A program made the position numbers and the translations under genes. A stretch of 64,000 bases of DNA from the human T2T-CHM13v2.0 reference genome, Homo sapiens: NCBI RefSeq assembly GCF_009914755.1, contig NC_060931.1; one strand, given 5' to 3'. How positions within the stretch are numbered: the stretch's first letter is position 1; each line of letters starts with the position of its first letter. This document shows positions 52,648-64,000 of the stretch, piece by piece. The notes beneath the pieces were generated by a model. That model was not told where the DNA came from. It saw nothing but the letters and a program-made list of their open reading frames with translations, and ran no database searches.

Positions 52648-53709
52648 TATCGGGGGAAATTCACCCCAATATTTCATGTAGGTTCTTTTCTATTTTCCCT
52701 GAGTGTCGGCCGGTCTGAGAAATAAAAGGAAAGAGTACAAAAGAGAGAAATTTTAAAACTGGGTGTCCAGGGGAGACATCACATGTCAGCAGGTTCCGTG
52801 ATGCCCCCCAAGCCGCAAAACCAACAAGTTTTTATTAGTGATTTTCAAAAGGGGAGGGAGTGTACGAATAGGGTGTGGGTCACAGAGATCACATGCTTCA
52901 CAAGGTAATAAAATATCACAAGGCAAATGGAGGCAGGGCAAGATCACAGGACCACAGGACCGGGGCGAAATTAAAATTGCTAATGAAGTTTCGGGCACGC
53001 ATTGTCATTGATAACATCTTATCAGGAGAAAGGGGTTGAGAGCAGACAACCCATCTGACCAAAATTTATTAGGCGGGAATTTCCTCGTCCTGATAAGCCT
53101 GGGAGCGCCACGCGAGCCCAGGGCTTATTTCATCCCTTATCTACGACTATAAAAGACAGCCGTCCCCAAAGCGGCCATTTCAGAGGCCTCCCCTTAGGGG
53201 TGCATTCTCTTTCTCAGGGATGTTCTTTGCTGAGAAAAAGAATTCAGCAATATTTCTCCTATTTGCTTTTGAAAGAAGAGAAATATGGCTCTGTTCCACC
53301 CGGCCCACAGGCAGCCAGAGTTTAAGGTTATCTCCCTTGTTCCCTGAAATTGCTGTTACCCTGTTCTTTTTTCAAGGTGCCCAGGTTTCATATTGTTTAA
53401 ACAACTTGTGCAGTTAACGCAATTATCACAGGGTCCTGGGGGGACATTCATCCTCGGCTTACGAAGATGACCGGATTAAGAGATTAAAGACAGGCATAGG
53501 AAATCACAGGGGTATTGATTGGGGAAGTGATAAGTGTCCATGAAATCTTCACAATTTATGTTCAGAGATTGCAGTAAAGACAGGCATAAGAAATTATAGA
53601 AGTATTAATTTGGGGAACTAATAAATGTCCATGAAATCTTCACAATTTATGTTCTTCTGCTGTGGCTTCAGCCGGTCCCTCTGTTCAGGGTCCCTGACTT
53701 CCCGCAACA
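52648..53709 (-). mobile_element. MER11 solo LTR (ERVK class)
   Basis: Ends ...ccctgacttcccgcaaca (reverse complement of TGTTGCGGGAAGTCAGGGACC) and begins tatcggggg. Contains the internal duplicated tgtccatgaaatcttcacaatttatgttc block. Confidence 0.9.
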
Positions 53710-55200
<1,491 letters not shown>

Positions 55201-55502
55201 TTTTCTTATATTTGAGACAGAGTCTCACTCTGCCACTGAGGCTGGAGTGCAGTGATGTGATCATAGCTCACTGCAGCCATGACCTCCTAGGCTAAAGCGA
55301 TCCTCCCACCTTAGCCTCTCCAGTAGCTGGAACTACAGGCGTGCATCACCATGTCCAGCTGATTTTAATTTTAATTTTGTAAAGGCAGGGTCTTCCTATT
55401 TTCCCCAGGCTGATCTCTAACTCTTGGCCTCAAGCAATCCTTCCTCTTTGGCCTCCCAAAATGTTGGGATTACAGATGGGAGCCCCCATACCCACCAATC
55501 AC

Positions 55503-55852
55503 AAGGATCTTATAAGAGAAGGAGTTAGGAGAGTCAGAATTAGAGAAAGTGATGTGGTAATGGAAGAAGAGGTCAGAGAGGGAGATTTGAAGATGCTGCA
55601 CTTCTGGCCTTGAATATGGAATCACGAGGTAAGTCAAGGAATGGGGGTGGCTTCTAGAAGCTAGAAAAGGCAAAGGAGCACATTCTGTCTAGAGCCTCCC
55701 CCAGAAGGAATGCAGCCCCTCTGACACCTTGACTTTAGCCTTAATAGACCTAGTTGGGCTTCTGGCCCCCAGAACTGTAAGATGGTAGATTTGTGGTGTT
55801 TGAAGCCACTAAATGTAGGGTACTTTGTTGTAGCAACAACAAAAAATGAACA
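55503..55852 (+). mobile_element. MLT1 (MaLR) LTR fragment
   Basis: ctagaagctagaaaaggcaaagg...agaaggaatgcagccc...ccagaactgtaaga...aagccactaa. Confidence 0.8.
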
Positions 55853-56469
55853 TGAAACTGGGACCTCATGTTACAGTTGCTCACGCCTGTAATCCCAGAA
55901 CTTTAGGAGGCTGAGGTAGGAGGATCGCTTAAGCCCAGGAGTTTAAGACCAGCCTGGGCAACATAATGAGACCTCATGTCTAAAAAAAATTTTTTTTAAA
56001 GGCCAGGTGCAGTGGCTCACATTCGTAATCCCAGCACTTTGGGAGGCCGAGGAGGGTGGATCACGAGGTCAGAAGTTCAAGACCAGCCTAGCCAAGATGG
56101 TGAAACTCCATCTCTACTAAAAATACAAACATTAGCCAGGTGTGGTGGTGGGTACCTGTAATCCCAGCTACTCGGGAGGCTGAGGCAGAGAATCACTTGA
56201 ACCCAAAAGGCAGACATTGCAGTGAGCCAAGATCACACCCTTACACTTCAGCCTGGGTGACCAAGACTCCGTCTCAAAAAAAAACAAACAAACAAAAAAA
56301 AAAACCAGGTGTTGTGGCATGCAGCTGTAGTCTCAGTTCCTAGGGAGGCTGAGGCGGGAGGATTGTTTAAGCCTGGGAGGTTGAAGTTGCTGTGAGCTGT
56401 GATTGCACCAGTGTACTCCAGCCTGGGCAACAAAGCAAGACCTTGTTTCAAAAAGAAAGAAAGAAATGA

Positions 56470-57090
56470 GCATGGTGGGAATGGGGACAGATGGCAATGT
56501 TAAGTAGAGTGGTCAGGGTTGGCCTCATAAGTGAATATTGAGCAAAAGTTTGAAGCAGGTGATGGAGCTGGCCAAGGTGCTGAGGGAAGAGCATTGTAGG
56601 CTGAGTCAACAGGATCTTTATCCTGTTGGATAAAGGAGGAAACTCTCTGGTGTGTCTGAGGCTCTGGAAGGAGGCCAGTGGAGCAAAGAGATAGAGGGAG
56701 CAAAGTCAGTGAGGAGGCCAGGGAGTTGCTGGGCTGGGATCGGTACAGATTGTGTAAGCCCTGGGACGCTATTGCTGGGGCTTTGGCTTTTACTCTGACT
56801 AAAATGGGAACCACCGAGGGCTTCTGAGCAGAGAGGTGACATGATCTGTCTCCTGATTTAAAAGCACGACCTGGCTGCCAAGTTGAGAAAGACTATGGGA
56901 AGATTTGGGTAGAAGCATGGGGGCCAAGCTGTGGCAATATCCTGGTGGGAGATGATAGTGATCCTGACCGGATTCATGGTGGTGGTGAGAGATGGTCAGA
57001 GCCTGGATACGTGTTGAAGTCAGTCAGTAGGATTTCCTGACAGACTGGATGTGAGCTGTGAGAGAAGGCAGTGGTCAAGGTTGAGTTTGA
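56470..57090 (-). mobile_element. L2 fragment
   Basis: ggctttggcttttactctgactaaaatgggaaccaccgagggcttctgagcagagaggtgacatgatctg. Confidence 0.7.
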
Positions 57091-58117
57091 TTCTAATTGA
57101 ATTATTAAGTAATTTTAAAAAACACTACTGCCTTTCTCAATCCTACCAAGTAAAGGATGCTAGATAAAAGAAATCTCAAGTCAGGCCAGGTGCAGTGGCT
57201 CACACCTATAGTTCCAACAGTTTGAGAGGCAGAGATGGGAGTATGTTTTAAGGCCATGAGTTTGAGAGCAGCCTGGGCAACATAGCAAGACCTCCTCTCT
57301 ACAAAAATAAAAAAAATAAATTTAATAAAATAAAATAAATATAGCCAGGCATGATGGTATGTACCTATGGCCCCAGTTACTCATGTGGCTGAGATGGGCA
57401 GATCTCTTGATTCTAGGAGTTTGAGGCCAGCTTGGGCAACATAGCAAGACTTCTCTCTCTACAAAAATGAAAAAAATGCCTGACATGGTGGTACTTGCCT
57501 GTATTCCCAGGTATGGGGGCGGCTGAGGCAGGAGCATCTCTTGAGTCCAGTTGGTCAAGGTTGCAGTGAGCTATGATTATACCACTGCACTCCATCCTGG
57601 GTGACAGAGTGGGACCCTGTCTCAAAATACAAATACAAATGAAATCTCAAGTCAGACCAGTCCCTTCTAGGCTATGTAGGCCTTGTAACCACATAGCTGC
57701 ATGATCGGGTTTGTGTGGCTATGGATGAGGAGACCCCTGTCCAATTGTTGGCTATGTAATCAGTTTATTTTTCAATATAGTAATCAAATATATTTCATCA
57801 TACTTGATGGTCTCAGATATGTGTGGATTTTGGAATTCCCCTTGGAACAGGTTGTAACATCTTATTGGCTCCATAATTCCATAATTTTTTAAATCTGATC
57901 AGTTTTTAATAAGATCAGAATTGATATTAGACTACCTAATCGGTTTTGTTAATGAGAAAATAAAATTGTGTTGTTTGCATTTTATCCAAGTTGGGTGTCG
58001 TATTGGCTAAATCTCATCAATACTTGAACAAATGCAAAATTAGAGCTTCTTTATCATGAAACACGATGTAATTCTTGAAGAAGATGCCATTTCTTTTTTT
58101 TCTTTTTTTTTTTTTAA

Positions 58118-58420
<303 letters not shown>

Positions 58421-59034
58421 TAATAAACAGCTGTTATCATTGCAGACTTGCTATTTAGGCACTTAGGAATTTTTCACTAGAAGGCATGTAAAGAAAGACC
58501 ATGGGCATTTGTAATGAATTTAGCATTCATTCTTTGACTACATGACTGTCCCCAGAGCTGTAACTTTGTTAATGAATTTTTTAGAAGCCATTTAGCTAGC
58601 AACTGAGCCTAACCAGCCACTCAGCCTCATTATTCAGTGCTCTTTTATTATTGTCTATTTCTCCTCCAACTTGGCTACACTCACAAAGTGATAAAAACTT
58701 GCATTTGTTTTCTTTCCTTTTCAGAGACAGGGTCTTGCTCTGTTGCTCAGGCTACAGTACAGTGACATGATCATGGTTCACTGTAGCCTCAAACTCCTGG
58801 GCTCAAGCAGTTCTCTCACTTCAGTCTCCCAAGTAGCTAGGACTACAGACATGTGCCACCATGTCCAGCTAGTGTTTTCATTTTTTATCACAGAGACGGG
58901 ATCTTGCCAGGTTGCTCAGACTGGGCTCAAAACTCCTGACCTCAAGTGATCTTCCTGCCTCACCCTCCCAAAGTGCTGGGATTACAGGCAGGCATGACCA
59001 CCTGTGCCCAGCCCCCATTATCATTATTTTAAAT

Positions 59035-59880
59035 AATAGCTTTATTAAAATATGATTCACATACCATTCACTTTATTTATTGAAATCTGCAATTCAGTAG
59101 GTTTTAGAATATTCACAGAGCTGTGCATCGATCACCACAGTCACTTTTAGAACCTTTCATTACCCTATAGAGAAATCCATACCCCTTAGCCACTACCTCC
59201 TACTCTCCCCACCTACCTTCGCCCCCAGCCTTAGGCAACCATTGATTAATTTTTTTGTCACTATAGATTTGCCTAATCTGGACAAATAGAATTGTACAAT
59301 ATGTGATCTTTTGTGGCTTTTTTTCCCTCTTAGCACAGTGTTTTCAAAGTTCCTTTATGTCATAGTGTGTATCAATATTTCATTCCTTCTATGGCAGTAT
59401 TCCATGGTAGAGACACACTGCATTTTGTTTATCTGTTCATCAGTTGGTGGATATTTGGGTTGTTTCCATGTATTCCATGTATTGGTCATTATGAATAATG
59501 CTGCTATGAAGATTGTTGTACAAGTTTTTGTGTGGACATTTATTTTTCTGGGATATATGCCTAGGAGTGAAATTGTTGCATTATAGGATGACTGTACATT
59601 TAGCTTTTTGAGAAACTGCCAGACTGTTTTCTAAAGTGGCTACACCAGTTGAGTGCAATGGCTCACACCTGTAATCCCAGCTACTCAGGAGGCTCAGCTA
59701 GGAGGATGGCTTGAGCCCATGAATTCAAGACCAGCCTGGGCAAGATAGTGAAACCCTGTCTTGATTTTTAAAAAATCCAATTAAAATGACAAGAAAAGAA
59801 ATACCCAAACAAAATGGTTACACGATTATATGTTCCCACCAGTAATGTATGTGGGTTCCAATTCCTCCACATCTTCACTG
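59035..59880 (-). mobile_element. L1M 3' end fragment with an inserted Alu monomer
   Basis: aatagctttattaaaatatgattcacataccat...gaataatgctgctatgaa...tttttgagaaactgccagactgtttt. Confidence 0.8.
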
Positions 59881-60780
59881 ACTTTTTTTTTTTTTCTAGA
59901 TAGGGGCTTGCTCTGTCTCTCAGGCTGCAGTGCAATGATGCCATCACAGTTCACTGCAGCCTTGACCTCCCAGGCACAAGTGATTCTCTCATCTCAGCCT
60001 CCTGAGTAGCTGAAAATTGCAGGTGTATGCCACCATGCCTGGCTAATTTTTATATTTTTTTTGTAGTGATGGGATTTTACCATGTTGCCCAGGCTGGTCT
60101 CATACTCCTGGCCTCAAGTGATCTGCCCACCTCAGCCTCCCTAAGTTCTGGAATTACAGGCTGCCACCATGCCCGGCCTTCACCAACATTTGCCATTATC
60201 TGTTTTTTTTTTTCCTTTATACCTTAAAGCAGTGTAAGAACAAGTGTCTTCAATTATAGGAAAGAGTATAATCCCAGGGCATTGGGAGGCTAAGACAGGA
60301 AGATGTCTTGATGCCAGGAGTTTTTGTTGTTGTTGTTTTTGTTGTTGTTGTTGTTGTTTTTGACAGAGTCTCGCTCTGTCACCCAGGGTGGAGTGCAGTG
60401 ATGGGGTCCACTGCAACCTCCGCCTCCCAGATTGAAGTGATTCTCCTGCCTCAGCCTCCCGAGTAGCTGAGACTACAGGTACACGCCACTACTGCCCAGC
60501 TAATTTTTGTATTTTTGGTAGAGTCAGAGTTTCACCATGTTGGCCAGGCTGGTCTTGAACTCCAGACTTCAGGTGATTTGCCTGCCTCAGCCTCCCAAAG
60601 TGCTGGGATTACAAGCATGAGCCACCATGCCCAGCCTGATGCCAGGAGTTTTAGACTAGCCTGGGCAACCTAGCAAGACCTTGTCTCTACAGAATATTTA
60701 AAAATTAGCCAAATGTGGTGGTGCCTGTTTATAGTCTCTCTCCCTCTCTGTTTTTTTTTTCTCTTTCTAACTTTTTGTGA

Positions 60781-61095
<315 letters not shown>

Positions 61096-61294
61096 TGATT
61101 GCTTCATCAGCAAGGAGCTGGTTATTGGGCTGTCCAGGCCTCCCAAGCAGCACAGAAATGAGGCGAAGGAGTTTTCCTGCTGCTCCACTCTGTAAGGAGT
61201 TAGAGGGTGATGTTTACTCGTTTGCAGAGAGAGATGCCTTGTAGGCACCTCAGGATGGAGAGGACCCTGATTCCAATGTCCTTTTTTTCTTTAG

Positions 61295-61418
61295 AAACAG
61301 GACCTTGCCCTGTCACTCAGGATGGAGTTCAGTGGTCCAATTATGGCTCATTGTAGCCTCAAACTCCCAGGCTCAAGCAGTCCTACCATGTCAGCCTTCC
61401 CAGTAGCTGGGACCACAG
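61295..61418 (+). other. Candidate 124-nt exon exonised from an antisense AluJ
   Basis: ttttttctttag|AAACAG...CCACAG|gtaagc. Typical antisense-Alu right-arm exonisation with a strengthened donor. Confidence 0.55.
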
Positions 61419-62452
61419 GTAAGCATCGTGACACTCAGTGAATTTTGTTTTTATTTTTTTGTAGAGATGGGGCCTCAGTATGTTGCCACGGCTGACCTTG
61501 AACTCCTGCACTCAAGGGATTTTCCTGCCCTGGCCTCCCAAAGTATTGGTATTACAGGCATGAGCCATTGTGCCCACCGTCTCTGGTTCTTAACCTTCTA
61601 CTTCCCTCTTCCAGTTTTAAAGAATGCTTGTAATTACATGGGCTCTCCTAGATACTCCAGGATAATCTTGTTTTAAGGTCAGCTGATGAGCAACATTAAT
61701 TTTATCTGCACTCTTAATTCCCCCTTCCTATGTAATTGTGCTGTGTAACATAGGACATGAGCAATTGGTGGGGGTGGGGGTTATTACTTTGGCCACCACA
61801 GTATTTTATGCCAGGTACTCAGCTAAGCACTGGTGAATTAAGCATGAATAACACATACTCCCTAATCTCCATCCATTCATGGGAGGAGCACCTCACCTGC
61901 CATGCTCCTGAGAATCTGGGGAGTCAAAGAAGTCTTCCATGAGGAGGTGATGCCAAAGCGGACAAGTGACAGAGTCGAAGCTAGCTAGGAAGAGAGTAGA
62001 GGTTTAAGGGGAAGCGTATTATAAGCAGAGGATATCACCCACTTCAGAGACTCCCAGAGGAGAAAGAGTGTGTGTTCAAAGGGCAGATGAGGCTCAGTTG
62101 GACTCCATAGCAGATGAAATGGAGAGGGGCAAGCAATGAGGCTGCCTTGCAAGGCAGGGCAGAGCAGGGGCTGTTGAAGGGTTTGGACTTAATCCCTGAG
62201 GCAAGGAGAAGTGATGTAAATGGGGGAGTAACATGATGAGATTAATGGATTAGAGACATGGCTCAGGCTGCTGTAGAGAAGGCACCAGGGAGAGCAGATG
62301 GCTCAATGGGTGTGCAGGAGACCTCTCACTGAGTTTAGGGAGAGGTTTTTAAAACAGAAGAAGTTTGAGTAATTTAAATGATGATGGGAAGGAGCTAAAA
62401 GTAGGGGATAGGTTAAAGATACAGGAAAGTGGGAGGAAGAACTGACAAGTGA

Positions 62453-62758
<306 letters not shown>

Positions 62759-62873
62759 TAGGCTTCCCAAATTGCTGGGATTACAGGCATGAGCCATAAT
62801 GCCTGGCCTCTGCTAGTTCTGTATTCTCTAGAGTTGTCTTTACTTTGTGCTAGCGTGTCCCTCATTGTGCTAA

Positions 62874-63166
<293 letters not shown>

Positions 63167-63208
63167 TGAGCCATTGTGCCTGGCCAAAATTAATACTTTT
63201 TATATTAA

Positions 63209-63364
<156 letters not shown>

Positions 63365-63862
63365 TAAGTGCCACCACACCCAGCTGATTTTTGTGTTTTT
63401 TGTAGAGACGAGGTTTCGCCATGTTTCCCAGACTGTTCTCAAACTCCTGAGCTCAAAGCAGTCCACCCACCTTGGCCTCCCAAAGTGCTGGGATTACAGG
63501 TGTGAGCCACCTTGCTCATTCTAGTTTAAACTTTGGAGTGGTTTGTGTCTCCTGATTGGACTCCTGCAAATACAGAATTGATGCTAGGAAGGGTACCAGG
63601 AGATAGACGCACACAGATGGGATTTGGGAATAGGTTTGGTTATCCAAGGAGCAGTGCTGAGCTCCTTGCTAATGGGATATGGGATGCTGGTGATTTCCAG
63701 TAAGTGACCTCAAAATTACTCAAGCTACCACATACTGTTGATTGTGATGAAATGCCAGTTGAAGCACCTGTCCTGCGAGCTTAGGGGTGCTACAAGTTGA
63801 CCACTGCAGCAGTAAAGATGACTCTGAAGAATGGCATGGGATGGATCCTTTCGAATGCACTT

Positions 63863-64000
63863 GAGCAGCGGTCTCCAACCACAGGGCCACAGAGCTGGAG
63901 GTGAGCAGCAGGCGAGTGAAGGGAAACTTCATCTGTATTTCTAGCCCCTCCCATCGCTTGCATGACCACCTGAGCTCCATGTCCTGTCAGATCAGCAGCA
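63863..64000 (+). mobile_element. MER1-type hAT-Charlie element, truncated by window end
   Basis: cagcggtctccaacc...ggaggtgagcagcaggcgagtga...cacctgagctccatgtcctgtcagatcagcagca. Confidence 0.8.

Overview
Primate genomic DNA (hominoid, very likely human, because it contains an SVA), very Alu-dense, with no intact protein-coding gene. It is a segmental-duplication mosaic on the + strand. Bases ~1-39,000 are an unprocessed partial copy of TLK2: seven exons of 70, 44, 96, 168, 96, 93 and 111 nt with GT-AG sites, two stop codons both in the 168-nt exon, and no kinase domain. At a composite Alu/L1 element (39,026-39,869) the sequence switches to a GTF2I-derived pseudogene fragment with three exons, one frameshift, one stop, one broken donor and one missing exon. 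A GTF2I intron carries a ~4.7-kb antisense retroposed insert with AATAAA, poly(A) and a 12-bp TSD. The rest is a lncRNA-type duplicon with a U6 retropseudogene, MER11/MER21-like/MLT1 LTRs and exonised repeats. The most interesting read-out: skipping the single symmetric 168-nt exon leaves a continuous spliced frame from the TLK2 N-terminus and coiled-coil into 149 codons built from GTF2I, the retro-insert and an LTR. This is a candidate kinase-less TLK2 fusion. Placement at human 7q32.1 (METTL2B-LINC01000 region) is an inference from recalled synteny and is not shown by the sequence. Gene identities and repeat families come from recalled sequences, and repeat boundaries are approximate.
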